Made by a program: the position numbers and the translations under genes. This document shows, piece by piece, positions 1-10,338 of a DNA stretch of 64,000 nt. How positions within the stretch are numbered: position 1 is the first letter of the stretch; each line of letters opens with the position of its first letter. The DNA is from a virus (Duplodnaviria > Caudoviricetes). Below the pieces are notes generated by a model. The model was not told the origin of the DNA and did not search any database. It saw only the letters and a list, made by a program, of their open reading frames with translations. The stretch is taken from the IMG/VR virus record IMGVR_UViG_3300034071_001210, positions 32,001 through 96,000 of that record, one strand, 5' to 3'.

Positions 1-405
1 AAAGATGCATCTGTTGACTCCTCAGAACTAGGAAATGAGGCTATTAGAACTCCTCAGCTGCATAGTAAGTACCTGTGTCTTCATGCAGATTTTAAACTGA
101 TTCTGTGTAAACAGGTAAATGACTTAGCAATTCTTAAACTTCGTAAGTGGAAGATCTTTACTGGTAAGGCTAGTCGTGAAGAATTGGAAGCATGGGGAGA
201 GGACCCAAATGGACTAACTCTACTAAAGACTGATGTGGAAAAGTTTATTGAGGCAGATCCTAAGATTATTGAACTAAAATTAAAGATTGCTGTAATTGAA
301 GTTAAGGTTAAGATGGTTGAAGAATTTTTAAAAGTTCTCAATAATAGAAACTTCTCTATTAAGTCCGCTATTGAGTGGTTCAAGATGACGCAGGGTATCG
401 TCTAA
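1..405 (+). CDS. uvsY: UvsY recombination mediator (5' end outside window)
   Basis: Frame 1 is open from base 1 (KDASVDSSELGNEAIRTPQLHSKYL...RNFSIKSAIEWFK); T4-like UvsY motifs; directly upstream of uvsW. Confidence 0.9.
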   Translation, partial: KDASVDSSELGNEAIRTPQLHSKYLCLHADFKLILCKQVNDLAILKLRKWKIFTGKASREELEAWGEDPNGLTLLKTDVEKFIEADPKIIELKLKIAVIEVKVKMVEEFLKVLNNRNFSIKSAIEWFKMTQGIV

Positions 406-423
406 TCTTACCATAAATATTGA

Positions 424-1926
424 GTGGATGTAGAAGTTGAATCTGTAGACGAAGTTCGTTACTATATAAAAACAGAAAAGGGCGTTAAACAAGAACTGAG
501 AGATTATTTCTCGTTCATGATTCCCGGTGCTGAGTATATGCCATTGTTTAAACGGCGTATATGGGATGGTAAGATAAGATTATTTGATATTTTATCTTCT
601 ACCCTCCCAAGAGGTCTTAAACCTTACTTGAGTAAGTTTTGTAAAGACCGCCAATACACTTTAAATATTAAAGAGAGTAGGAATCCGCTATGCATAACGG
701 AGGAGAAACTTCTGGACTTCTACGATACCCTGAAAGTTTCTGTAAAGAAACAGCAGGTCAAAATGCATCCCCACCAAAGCCAAGCAATTCTACACGCTAT
801 CAACGCTCACCGGTGTGTAATAATATCTCCGACAGGTTCTGGAAAAAGTTTAATAATCTACGTCTTGCTCCGCTATCTACTATCCGTAATAAAATCAGAC
901 AGAAAGATTTTAGTTTTGGTTCCAACAGTAGGGCTGGTAACACAGATGGAAACAGACTTCTTTGATTACTCAAAGGCAGACCCTTCTTGGCTATCAAGAA
1001 AATATATTCATAAAATTAGTGCAGGACTTGAAAAAGACACCAACAAACAAGTAATTGTCTCTACATGGCAATCTATATACAAGTTGCCTAGAGAGTGGTT
1101 TGACCAATTTGATGCTATCTTCTTTGATGAGTGTCACCAAGCCAAGGCAGAATCAATAAATCTAATTGGTCAGAAGTTAACTAAAGCCTGGTTTCGTATT
1201 GGTACTACGGGCACACTAGATCAAACACAGGCACACCGTTTAAGCATAGAAGGCATTCTAGGACCTGCTATTCAGTTTATTCAGACAAAGAGCCTTATGA
1301 ACAAGGGATTGCTTGCTACTCTTGCTGTTGACTGTATTGTATTGAAATATACAGATCAAGAAAAACAGGATATGAAAAAACAAAAATATCCTGATGAAAT
1401 CAAGACTATAATAAGTAATAGTAGGAGGAATGAATTTGTCAAAGAACTCGCAATTCATACCAAAGGCAATACCCTCATCCTCTTCAACTATGTCGAGGGA
1501 CACGGGAAACCTCTCCACGCTCTCATTGAGGCAGCAGGAACAGATAAGAAGGTATATCTTATTCACGGAAAAACAGAAAGTGAAGCCCGAGAATCTATCC
1601 GGCGTATCGTGGATACACAAACTAATGCCATATTGGTTGCGAGTTACGGTACTACTAGTACTGGCATTAACATTGTCAACATTGATAATCTTATCCTTGC
1701 CTCTCCTACGAAATCTATAATTCGTTTACTACAGAGTATTGGTAGAGGTTTACGAGTATCTGCTAAAAAGAAAACTTTGAAAGTTTATGATATCGTTGAT
1801 GACCTTTGTTATATGTCATACAAGAACCATGTTTATAGGCATTTTGAAGAACGAATTAAAATTTATAAAAAAGAAAAGTTTGATTACAGGATAATGTCGA
1901 TGCCACTACCTACCGATGATAAATAA
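424..1926 (+). CDS. uvsW: UvsW SF2 DNA helicase
   Basis: SPTGSGKS, DECH, QSIGRGLR and WDGKIRLF motifs; GTG start after late-promoter-like CATAAATA. Confidence 0.95.
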   Translation: MDVEVESVDEVRYYIKTEKGVKQELRDYFSFMIPGAEYMPLFKRRIWDGKIRLFDILSSTLPRGLKPYLSKFCKDRQYTLNIKESRNPLCITEEKLLDFYDTLKVSVKKQQVKMHPHQSQAILHAINAHRCVIISPTGSGKSLIIYVLLRYLLSVIKSDRKILVLVPTVGLVTQMETDFFDYSKADPSWLSRKYIHKISAGLEKDTNKQVIVSTWQSIYKLPREWFDQFDAIFFDECHQAKAESINLIGQKLTKAWFRIGTTGTLDQTQAHRLSIEGILGPAIQFIQTKSLMNKGLLATLAVDCIVLKYTDQEKQDMKKQKYPDEIKTIISNSRRNEFVKELAIHTKGNTLILFNYVEGHGKPLHALIEAAGTDKKVYLIHGKTESEARESIRRIVDTQTNAILVASYGTTSTGINIVNIDNLILASPTKSIIRLLQSIGRGLRVSAKKKTLKVYDIVDDLCYMSYKNHVYRHFEERIKIYKKEKFDYRIMSMPLPTDDK

Positions 1927-1941
1927 ATTAGGAGGGTTACT

Positions 1942-2610
1942 ATGTCTGACGAAGTACAAGAAACTCCCTTTGGCGGTATTGTTAGAGTTGTTAAACTTAT
2001 AAATGGTGACGAACTAATTGGATTGGTTCGTGATGCTCAATTAGATAAAATCGTAATATCATTCCCAGCTAAAATCGAATGTGCATTATCAAGAGATCAG
2101 AATGGTGATCTTATTGAATATTTTAAATTAACCAATTATGCATCTAATTTACAACTATCAGAAATTTCAATTAATCGAACTTCTGTATTATATACAGGAG
2201 TTCCTACTGAAGATCTTTCTAAGATGTATGACGTATTCTTTCATACAATGCAAGTAGACCCAAAATCTGTAATGAATAATACTAATGAAGATTTGGTAGT
2301 GGGTCCAGAAGCTGGACTTATGATGCTCAATGAACTTTTTAATAATGAAGATTTTGTAAATTTTGTAAACGATATGATTGACAGTTTTGAGGGCTCAGAG
2401 GTCATACTTGATGATGAATTAGAAGAAATAGAAGAATCTGAGCAGCAGGAACCCTCTGTAGAGGATCTGTTAGTTGAGGAGGCTCCGAAGCCACCTAAGC
2501 CTGTAAAACGCCGCACAATGAATCCTGAAACTAAAAAGCTACCATTTAATCCAGAGAGCAGTCCAAATTCTGCTGAAAGCTGGTCTGATAATCCAGAAGA
2601 TTATATTTAA
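1942..2610 (+). CDS. Conserved T4-like hypothetical protein (Sm-like N-terminus, acidic tail)
   Basis: VVKLINGDELIG motif; AGGAGG RBS; usual position downstream of uvsW. Confidence 0.7.
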   Translation: MSDEVQETPFGGIVRVVKLINGDELIGLVRDAQLDKIVISFPAKIECALSRDQNGDLIEYFKLTNYASNLQLSEISINRTSVLYTGVPTEDLSKMYDVFFHTMQVDPKSVMNNTNEDLVVGPEAGLMMLNELFNNEDFVNFVNDMIDSFEGSEVILDDELEEIEESEQQEPSVEDLLVEEAPKPPKPVKRRTMNPETKKLPFNPESSPNSAESWSDNPEDYI

Positions 2611-3131
2611 ACAGTATTTTTAAGATTTTCTGGAGCATCGGGGTCAATTTCATAATATGAAAATTTAAAAGTACAAGATGCTTTTTGTATTACTGCATCA
2701 GATGTATCTGATTGAAATACAATACCGGTAAGTTTACTTGGAACAATATATCGAAATGTTACTGTAGTAACAACACAATTTGATATTGGGCTTATTATTG
2801 ATAATACAGCTTGATGGTGCCATTGTTGATATGGCAAATTATTTGTATTGTCATTTTGAATATTTGCTACATTACGCATCCAAGAATATAAACTTTTCCA
2901 ATTGGTTAATTCAGAGTCAACTATAAATTCTACATTTAAAGTTTCATAATTAAACTGCATAGTTGGTACTGGAATCGTTGTACCAAAGATCGTTGGTTGA
3001 TTTACATCAGGTACGGTACACCCTGGAAGATTGGCTTTCTGACAATTTAATTCAAATTGTTTTGTTCCACGACCAAAAATTAATGTAAAGTAACTATTGT
3101 ATAATGGATTTATATTTGAAATGCAGCTCAT
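2607..3131 (-). CDS. gp3: Tail tube terminator gp3-like
   Basis: CQKANLPG..., FIVDSELTNWKSLYSWM motif; synteny downstream of gp23. Confidence 0.8.
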   Translation of the reverse strand: MSCISNINPLYNSYFTLIFGRGTKQFELNCQKANLPGCTVPDVNQPTIFGTTIPVPTMQFNYETLNVEFIVDSELTNWKSLYSWMRNVANIQNDNTNNLPYQQWHHQAVLSIISPISNCVVTTVTFRYIVPSKLTGIVFQSDTSDAVIQKASCTFKFSYYEIDPDAPENLKNTV

Positions 3132-3152
3132 AGAAATATTTATCTAATAACA

Positions 3153-3181
3153 AAAGCCCTCCTCATTTCTGAGGAGGGCTT
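3153..3181 (-). terminator. Intrinsic terminator after gp23
   Basis: AAGCCCTCCTCA/TGAGGAGGGCTT stem with a T tract on the minus strand. Confidence 0.8.
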
Positions 3182-3211
3182 CGAAGTGTTACTTAAGTTC
3201 TAACCGATTAC

Positions 3212-4606
3212 TTAGATCGTGTTACCGTGTAGATGGGTAACTGCAGTGAGACGGTAGTATTGGTTAAGCCCTGTGGTCAACGAATCAGCATCAGGTGCTG
3301 CACCGTTAAGAACAAACGGATTAGCAACTACGCCGTAACGAGTCTTGAACGCAATACGTGGTTGGAACGTATTAGGATCAACTGCACGAACCATTTGGAG
3401 CGGAACGTATGGGCAGTAGAACAGACCTGCATCATACGGTGACTCGCCCTTATAACCTGCGCAGAAGAAGTTGTATCCTGCTGGGCTATATGGATCGATG
3501 TAAACGCGAATCTTGCCACTGAGAAGACCGGCAAAATTGCTTTGAGTATCGTCAACATTCATTTGTGGAGCAATACCAGGTGAAAGGCTCATGAAACCAG
3601 ACATTGCAAGTGCGGCAGCAGTATCGCTGTCGCAGATGATGAAGTTACCCTTACCACGGCGGGTTTCCTTGGCGATTGCGTTGCATTCACGCTCGATTTG
3701 GAAACTGAGACCACGGAAGCGTTCTGCTGACCAACGACCATCAGAATCTTGATCAAGGTCATATGTACCCTTGGCTGCAAGATCGTTCTGTTGTGAACCA
3801 GACTTAGCAACATAATAGATGGTCTTGACGAGTTCGCGGTTGATTTCAGCAAGAATTTCAGTGCTGAGAAGATTTGCGAGTTCGGCTTCGGCATCTAGAC
3901 CGTGAACAGCCTTCAAGTCTTGTGCAAGTTCAACAGTGTAATTACTGCTTAGTGCACGTGTACGAGCTTGAACAGCAACACGGTCAATACTAAAGGCCAT
4001 TTGATTCCAGTTAGCATAACCAGCAGCCTTGCCAATACCTTCACCGTTAGCGGTGAGGATACCACGCATTGCTGCAAGTTGTGCAGCAGACGAGCATACA
4101 CCAGATGTAGCATTCCAACCAGCAGAAAGACCCTTAGATGCCGCAAAGGCTGCATCGAGTGTCCAACCGCAACCACCGAAGGATGGTTGTGGCTCTTGGA
4201 ATTGTGCTTCGACATACGTGCCAGCGTAAGAAATGCCGGTACCACCGAATTGATAATTTGCACGCATTGCAAAGATCAAACCAGTTGGAGCGGTCATTGG
4301 TTGAACGCCGCAGATGTCGTAGGCCATCAAATTTGGCATAGAACGGCGAATGAGCGAGATGAGTACGGGATCGTAACCTGCAACGCCACCGGAGTTGGTG
4401 AACGATGAAGGCATACCGAGATTGGCACCAGATGCCATATCTTCAGTTAGATGCTGAGAACGAAGAGCTTGCTCTTGATTCTCTAAAAGAACGGCGGTTA
4501 CCTTGCGGCGGTAATCGTCTTTGATTGGAGCGAGTGCACCGTGACTGAGCACGGGATCCCACTTCTCGGTTAAAATGTCATACGGGGTGTTTTCTTGAAA
4601 ATTCAT
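3212..4606 (-). CDS. gp23: Major capsid protein
   Basis: LLENQE, DPVLISLIRRSMPNL, GVQPMTAPTGLIFAMR, ELAQDLKAVHGLDAEAEL, YCPYVPL, FKTRYG. Confidence 0.98.
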   Translation of the reverse strand: MNFQENTPYDILTEKWDPVLSHGALAPIKDDYRRKVTAVLLENQEQALRSQHLTEDMASGANLGMPSSFTNSGGVAGYDPVLISLIRRSMPNLMAYDICGVQPMTAPTGLIFAMRANYQFGGTGISYAGTYVEAQFQEPQPSFGGCGWTLDAAFAASKGLSAGWNATSGVCSSAAQLAAMRGILTANGEGIGKAAGYANWNQMAFSIDRVAVQARTRALSSNYTVELAQDLKAVHGLDAEAELANLLSTEILAEINRELVKTIYYVAKSGSQQNDLAAKGTYDLDQDSDGRWSAERFRGLSFQIERECNAIAKETRRGKGNFIICDSDTAAALAMSGFMSLSPGIAPQMNVDDTQSNFAGLLSGKIRVYIDPYSPAGYNFFCAGYKGESPYDAGLFYCPYVPLQMVRAVDPNTFQPRIAFKTRYGVVANPFVLNGAAPDADSLTTGLNQYYRLTAVTHLHGNTI

Positions 4607-4657
4607 GGTAAGTTATTAATCTCCTATTGATTAAAATTATTTAGTAAAAGTAAAAGT

Positions 4658-5677
4658 TTAGACTCTTTTATTGAGTCGTCCGATAGCACCAGCATATCCC
4701 TCTACGAGGTTTGTTGGTGTATTTTTGACTGGGGAAAAGGTTTGTTCAGGTTCGGCATTGCGAACGACTGGACGACCTCTGGATAGATAATTTTCACGAA
4801 TAGCAACTAGCTTTTCGCGGTATTCTTCTGGATTGCTAAAATTAACGCTTTCCATTAGATTTTGTAGTTTGGAAACTTGTGTGTCTGCGAGATCACGTGT
4901 TTCGGCAACAAAGATACCAGCACATTCAGTAAGTGAAACTTCTTTACGAAGATTCATATTGAATTGGAAGGATTCATTGAGCTTGGTTTCTAGTTCACGG
5001 TTTTGGGCATAAAGTTCATCAAGAACATTATACTTTTCTGCAGGAACATCGATGTAATGATTCTCGAAGAGATTCTTGAGACCACCGATGAAGTTTTCTG
5101 CAATTTGTGTCTTAACACCTTGCTCAACTGCAACAGCATTCTCGGTCATCCACTCTTCAACAACAAAGTCAAGATAATCATCAACCTTCTCTACAAGTGA
5201 TTCGGTTACATTATCAAGATATGTCTTTACATTACCATCAACATTTTGAACGATGTTGGCAACGGTTTTTTCAACACGGTCAGATACAGCGGCTTCAAAA
5301 ATTGCTTCTAGTTGGGATACAAGGGATGGTGAAACATCTTCACCTAAAAGAGAAACAAGAGCATTACGGAAATCTTGTTTGGTTTCCTCGTTGGTCTCTT
5401 CTTCTTCCATTTCCTCTTCGGTATCTTCGTCAGTATCTTCTTCGCTTTCTTCTTCATCTGCTGATGAAGAAGCCATAGCAGTTGGAGCTGCCATTCCAGC
5501 ACCAACTGGAACTTGGGCTTGAGCCATGGCTGCACCACCAAAATCAATTGGTTGCACGATGTTGGATCCACGTCCAGTCATATCAAAATCTGATTGACCG
5601 TTGGACATTGGGTATCCACCTAGACCCATGGCTTCGGCTGCTGCTTCTGAAATAGTTTTCTTGCTTTTTTGTTTCAT
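4658..5677 (-). CDS. gp22: Prohead core scaffold protein
   Basis: IFEAAV, LVEKVDDYLDFVVEEWMTEN, LFENHYIDVP; position upstream of gp23. Confidence 0.93.
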   Translation of the reverse strand: MKQKSKKTISEAAAEAMGLGGYPMSNGQSDFDMTGRGSNIVQPIDFGGAAMAQAQVPVGAGMAAPTAMASSSADEEESEEDTDEDTEEEMEEEETNEETKQDFRNALVSLLGEDVSPSLVSQLEAIFEAAVSDRVEKTVANIVQNVDGNVKTYLDNVTESLVEKVDDYLDFVVEEWMTENAVAVEQGVKTQIAENFIGGLKNLFENHYIDVPAEKYNVLDELYAQNRELETKLNESFQFNMNLRKEVSLTECAGIFVAETRDLADTQVSKLQNLMESVNFSNPEEYREKLVAIRENYLSRGRPVVRNAEPEQTFSPVKNTPTNLVEGYAGAIGRLNKRV

Positions 5678-5719
5678 AATAAAAGAATCCTTGTGTTAAT
5701 TATTTAGTAGTTTTTAAAA

Positions 5720-6445
5720 TTACGGAGTTATACCGTATGCTTTTTCTTGAGCTTCTAACTGTCTTTGTGATACTGCGCGTCTTCTTGCATCTAATGGATC
5801 AACTGGTTTAAATGCCGCACGCTTTGAGCCAACTAGTGGCACCCATGGACTTCCGGCTCCCTGTGCTGCTAAATTTTGAGCATTTTGACCTATCTTGCCA
5901 ATATTTGCATCAAACCAACTTGACCCAGATATATCTGCAGCCTGACCTAAAAGTGAATCTACTGCTCCTGGAACTTTATCTATTCCTGGAATTTTTTTAA
6001 GGATACTAGTTCCTGCAATTGCTGATGTTGCTTTATTTCCAAGCAAGTTACCCAACCAGTCTAATCCAGTACCAATAGCATATGCACCTGCAGCAGAACC
6101 GGCACCCAAATCATCTTTTTCCGTATCACCAAACAAAATATTATCTGGCTTACCTTCGGCATCAATGCCTTCACCCTTTCCACCACGACCGCCACCAACA
6201 CCATATGGTAATTTAATTTTAGAAGGATCTTCCATAGTATCAAGAGCATGACGATTAACAGGAATAACATCTTTACTTGGAGTTTTTGGTAATTTAGGTG
6301 CTTTTGTTTTATTATAAGAATCAACGGCTATACTTGGACCTTCGCCAAATTCTCTTAAGAATTCTTCATGCAAATCACCCGTTGAATGTTTATTAAACGA
6401 TTCAATTAAATAATTTCGAGCAAGATGGGAAATATCTTTATTCAT
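5720..6445 (-). CDS. Hypothetical protein in head operon (possible core/internal protein)
   Basis: 241-aa Gly/Ala-rich ORF between gp21 and gp22, ATGA-coupled to gp21. Confidence 0.65.
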   Translation of the reverse strand: MNKDISHLARNYLIESFNKHSTGDLHEEFLREFGEGPSIAVDSYNKTKAPKLPKTPSKDVIPVNRHALDTMEDPSKIKLPYGVGGGRGGKGEGIDAEGKPDNILFGDTEKDDLGAGSAAGAYAIGTGLDWLGNLLGNKATSAIAGTSILKKIPGIDKVPGAVDSLLGQAADISGSSWFDANIGKIGQNAQNLAAQGAGSPWVPLVGSKRAAFKPVDPLDARRRAVSQRQLEAQEKAYGITP

Positions 6446-7089
6446 TTAAGTTTATTAAAATATTCTTCAAACACTTTAACAATATTTTTGTTTAGATTTC
6501 GGCTTGATGAACCACTAATAAGTTTTCTTGCTGCATCAATTTGACGCTCTTGCCAAGAACCTTCTACGAGCATCCATTCTCTACCTTCCATGATTCCATT
6601 TACGAAAGCATGTGGTGCTGATGGATCAGCAACAATATCAACAGCAGCAAGCATAAAGTCTTCTTGTACTTCTTGGTATCCATTCTTAGACTTTAAAGAA
6701 CCCATACCACGAGTAGATACACCTAATTGTGCACCCTCATCAATAAGGTTCTTTACAATCTTTCCCATTGGGGTATCTAAGATTTTTGCTTTACCACAAA
6801 TAGAATTACCATCTTCATGGAGTTCTTTGATAATATGTGATACACGATCAAGGTTTACAGTTGGTCCTGTAGGATGATTAAGTTCACCTAAAGCACGACC
6901 TTTATTAACATATTCAGTAATATAACGGTTGGTCTCCTTGGCAAGGGTTCCTTGTGGATATACTCGACCATTCCGGTTCTTTACACCAGATTGCATAAAA
7001 ATACCTTCAATGAAATAATGCTTATCTCCATTACCAGCATTTTCCTTGATATACTTTATATCTTCAGTTAGTTCTGTAATCAGTTTCAT
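6442..7089 (-). CDS. gp21: Prohead protease
   Basis: MKLITE, KNRNGRVYP, ALGELNHP, GVSTRGMGS, DIVADPSAP. Confidence 0.96.
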   Translation of the reverse strand: MKLITELTEDIKYIKENAGNGDKHYFIEGIFMQSGVKNRNGRVYPQGTLAKETNRYITEYVNKGRALGELNHPTGPTVNLDRVSHIIKELHEDGNSICGKAKILDTPMGKIVKNLIDEGAQLGVSTRGMGSLKSKNGYQEVQEDFMLAAVDIVADPSAPHAFVNGIMEGREWMLVEGSWQERQIDAARKLISGSSSRNLNKNIVKVFEEYFNKLK

Positions 7090-7250
7090 TTAGGTTCTTT
7101 CTTTCCAAGAAAATCTTTAGCAATAACTTTATATTGTTCTTGTAGTCTGGTTCCAACTTTGCCATAGAGAACTTTGGTGGCTTGTTCTTTGAATGCAACA
7201 GCATTTTCTTCTACTACGGTCTTGAGCATTTGACGGATATTGTTTTTCAT
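7086..7250 (-). CDS. Small prohead core protein gp67-like (54 aa, not in ORF track)
   Basis: Read manually: MKNNIRQMLKTVVEENAVAFKEQATKVLYGKVGTRLQEQYKVIAKDFLGKKEPK; overlaps both neighbours by 4 nt. Confidence 0.65.
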   Translation of the reverse strand: MKNNIRQMLKTVVEENAVAFKEQATKVLYGKVGTRLQEQYKVIAKDFLGKKEPK

Positions 7251-7657
7251 AATAATTTTCTTACCTTCTGTGAAAATGTTAAATGTTGCTTAAATGTTGT
7301 TCCATCAGTAAATAATTCAGAAACCAGGTGTTCTCTATTTTTAACATTCAATGATTCAAATAAATTTTTAATGTGTAATATATCTGAATCAGTAATATTT
7401 ATATTTGAACCATTTTGAAACTTATAATTTCCTGGTTTAAAGTTAGTTACAAAATCTACAAATTCATTTAAAGTTGTATTTTCTGGAGTAATCGATTCTC
7501 TGTATAACAGTGCCTTTGACACCAGTAATTCAGTTTCTTTAATACTTTCGTTCAATTTAGTGGATAAAACTTTAATTATACTCTGCTTAAAACTTTCATC
7601 ATTTTTAAAAATGATGTTCTCTATTCCCGATTTTAATAATAATTTATTATTAGTCAT
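7247..7657 (-). CDS. Prohead core protein (gp67/gp68-like)
   Basis: Position between gp20 and gp21; 136 aa. Confidence 0.55.
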   Translation of the reverse strand: MTNNKLLLKSGIENIIFKNDESFKQSIIKVLSTKLNESIKETELLVSKALLYRESITPENTTLNEFVDFVTNFKPGNYKFQNGSNINITDSDILHIKNLFESLNVKNREHLVSELFTDGTTFKQHLTFSQKVRKLL

Positions 7658-7663
7658 GGAATA

Positions 7664-9226
7664 TTACTGTTGTCCACCTTCTTGAGCGGCTTGTTGGGCG
7701 GCTAAGGCTGCTTGTTCTTGTGCTATTCTTTGTCTGTCAACAACCATTTGTTTTTCCATAACCTTGAGTTGTTCTGGGAGTTGTTTGAGAATATCAGTCT
7801 TAACAAACTCAGTTGAGAAGTATTTACCAATGTATGGTTCAACAAACGAAAGCATCTTAAGACGTTCGGATAGAATTTCTGATTCTTTGAGATCCCAGAA
7901 ATAATTATCTGTGTTGAATACAAATTTAATATCGGTTTTTAAAACATCCCAGTCTTCTTGCGTCATTACACCCTTTAGAAGTAATTGAACTCTTAAGGTA
8001 TCCATGAATAGACGAGAAAACTGATATCGAATACGATCAACAAATTTATAGAATTTAATTTCTTCTCTGGTAATTTCAGTAGAACGTCCCATGTTAAAAC
8101 CAGTTGATTCAGCCGATAGACGGCTAATTGGAACATTCAAACATGCAAACAATTTCTTTTTAAAATATTCAATATCTTCAATTTGTGAAGTTGATTGTGC
8201 ACCAGGAATGGTTGTAATTTCAGTTCCACGTGAACCTTCTCTACGTGGAAGCCAGTAATCTTCAAGTACTGACATCATCTTTCGTTCATCTCTTACTTCA
8301 CCGGTATCTTGGTTGTAAGTAAGTTTTGTGCGGAATCTGCTCATCATGTCCCGCATATATTGTTCAGCTTTAGCTTTTGGTAGTTGACCAACGTCTACAT
8401 AAAAGATTTTACGTTCTGGAGCACGAGCAATGCGGTATACCAACATAGCATCTTCCATTTGACGCAACATGTTTAGCGGTCTAATGGCTTTGTGCAGATA
8501 TCCTAAAATACGTTTTGTATTAAGATCAACTAATCCAGATGGAACATATACAATGCTATCCAGAGATAAATGAAGCCCCTGTGGACCAGTCATTACTGGT
8601 GATTCTTTATCATTATTCGTATAGACATAATACTCTTCAACTTCTTTGATTAGTTGAATTGGTGTATTTGTCTGCTGAACATACTTATCCATTTCCTTTT
8701 TAAACTTACGAACTTTTTTAATCTTTAATGGATCTACGGCAACAATACTTTGAATACCCTGACCAGGAAGATCCTTGTCAATTACAATGTTATAAAACAA
8801 CTTTGAATCTACATACCATCTGCGAAAGATTTCGTATGATTTGTGATTAAAATCTAATAGATGAATTACAGTGTCAAACTCTTTATATATTTTTGTTTTA
8901 ATGTTATCAGAAATTGGGCACTTAGACAAATCTAATTTTACTGGTGTGTGGTCTGTACCGGGTACAATGGAGGCATTTACAATCTCGTCTACAGCAGCAT
9001 CGATTTCTGGATAGATTGATATATTTCTGTATTGAATGATTGACTGTGTTTCATCACGCATCGTGGCTGCGTAATCAAGGGCAGTGCCAAAGAATCCACC
9101 AGCCTCAACAGTTACAGTTCCATCAAATACTTCTGGAACTGCAAATGATGCCATTGCATCATTTTTTTGATCTTCCTTGGTGGTTTTCTTTTTTCCAAAC
9201 TGAAATCCAAATATATCAATTTCCAT
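7664..9226 (-). CDS. gp20: Portal vertex protein
   Basis: IFRRWYVD, YLHKAIRPLNMLRQMEDAMLVYRIARAPERKIFYVDVG, EDYWLPRREG. Confidence 0.97.
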   Translation of the reverse strand: MEIDIFGFQFGKKKTTKEDQKNDAMASFAVPEVFDGTVTVEAGGFFGTALDYAATMRDETQSIIQYRNISIYPEIDAAVDEIVNASIVPGTDHTPVKLDLSKCPISDNIKTKIYKEFDTVIHLLDFNHKSYEIFRRWYVDSKLFYNIVIDKDLPGQGIQSIVAVDPLKIKKVRKFKKEMDKYVQQTNTPIQLIKEVEEYYVYTNNDKESPVMTGPQGLHLSLDSIVYVPSGLVDLNTKRILGYLHKAIRPLNMLRQMEDAMLVYRIARAPERKIFYVDVGQLPKAKAEQYMRDMMSRFRTKLTYNQDTGEVRDERKMMSVLEDYWLPRREGSRGTEITTIPGAQSTSQIEDIEYFKKKLFACLNVPISRLSAESTGFNMGRSTEITREEIKFYKFVDRIRYQFSRLFMDTLRVQLLLKGVMTQEDWDVLKTDIKFVFNTDNYFWDLKESEILSERLKMLSFVEPYIGKYFSTEFVKTDILKQLPEQLKVMEKQMVVDRQRIAQEQAALAAQQAAQEGGQQ

Positions 9227-9228
9227 AA

Positions 9229-9777
9229 TTAACCTTGTATTCTCCTTGTAATATTCTTGATTTCCATAAAATCAAAAACAATCATTACAGTATAACTATT
9301 TAACACATTGGGAGAACCCATATTCATTTGAACTGGTTGAATTCCAGCAGGCCAGCATCCATGTAAAATGTATTCTTTTAATGGTTGATCATTACCATTT
9401 AAATCTAAGTGTTGGACTCTCCAATTATCTGCTTTATATTGTCTTGACGTTTGACCAGTTCCAACTCCAGGAGTAGATGATTGATTGTTATCATGGTCAT
9501 TAATTAAATTTTGCCATCTATTTAATTTACCCCATAAGTTGTTATTTCCAACATCATCCCATATGGTAATATTCCAAGTTCCATAATCTCTTTCACCTGG
9601 ATAATGAAATTTTCTACCAAAATAATCATAACTTAAAGTTTTACTAGTAACTCTTGGAAGAGTGGCAGAACGTATATGAAAATCTGTAAATCTACCACCG
9701 GTTGGAAATGAACCATCTATTCTAAACCTATTAGAACGAGTTCCACCAAAAAAGGTATTTTTAAAATCATTTAGCAT
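9229..9777 (-). CDS. gp19: Tail tube protein, paralogue 2
   Basis: GGTRSNRF, SATLP, YFGRKFHYPGER, W.ITIWDD, L.GCWP. Confidence 0.85.
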   Translation of the reverse strand: MLNDFKNTFFGGTRSNRFRIDGSFPTGGRFTDFHIRSATLPRVTSKTLSYDYFGRKFHYPGERDYGTWNITIWDDVGNNNLWGKLNRWQNLINDHDNNQSSTPGVGTGQTSRQYKADNWRVQHLDLNGNDQPLKEYILHGCWPAGIQPVQMNMGSPNVLNSYTVMIVFDFMEIKNITRRIQG

Positions 9778-9789
9778 GGTTAGTTAATC

Positions 9790-10338
9790 TTAAGTATTAT
9801 AGTTCTCTTTATCTTGAATTTTGACATAATCAAATGTAAGAGTGGTATTAAAACCAACAAATCCGGGCTCTGCCATATTCAAACTTATTTCATCTACTAC
9901 CGATGGCCAACATTTGTATAGAGTTATAGTTTTTAAAACTAAACCATTAGCATCTAATTGTTTCATTCTCCAAGTTGTTTGTAATCTTTTATATGAAAAA
10001 TCATCACCTTTTACTTTATGTGTGTAATGACCATCCATAAATTCTGCCCATTGATGCAAACCTTTCCATATACTGTTGGTATTATTATCATCGTATATAC
10101 CAACATTCCAAGGTGTGTACATTCTATCACCTGCAAAATTTATCAATCGTCCACGATATGGAACACTAATAGTATTGATTGTTGATGCAGGCAATGATGC
10201 GGATATCATTTTAAACGATGAATCTTCTGCAGGAACATTAATACCTGTAGGCCAAATTGGTTCAACGACAAATCTATTGGCACGAGTGCCACCCAAAAAA
10301 CCTTCTTTAAAAGTTGTTATTGAATTATTGTTTGCCAT
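9790..10338 (-). CDS. gp19: Tail tube protein, paralogue 1
   Basis: GGTRANRF, SASLPASTI, VPYRGRLINFAGDR, LYKCWPS. Confidence 0.9.
   Translation of the reverse strand: MANNNSITTFKEGFLGGTRANRFVVEPIWPTGINVPAEDSSFKMISASLPASTINTISVPYRGRLINFAGDRMYTPWNVGIYDDNNTNSIWKGLHQWAEFMDGHYTHKVKGDDFSYKRLQTTWRMKQLDANGLVLKTITLYKCWPSVVDEISLNMAEPGFVGFNTTLTFDYVKIQDKENYNT

Noticed and set aside
690-6877. Numerous short antisense or alternate-frame ORFs over uvsW, gp23, gp22 and gp21 (likewise over guaC, cobS and vWA)
   Set aside because: Shadow ORFs of well-supported genes, with no independent signals
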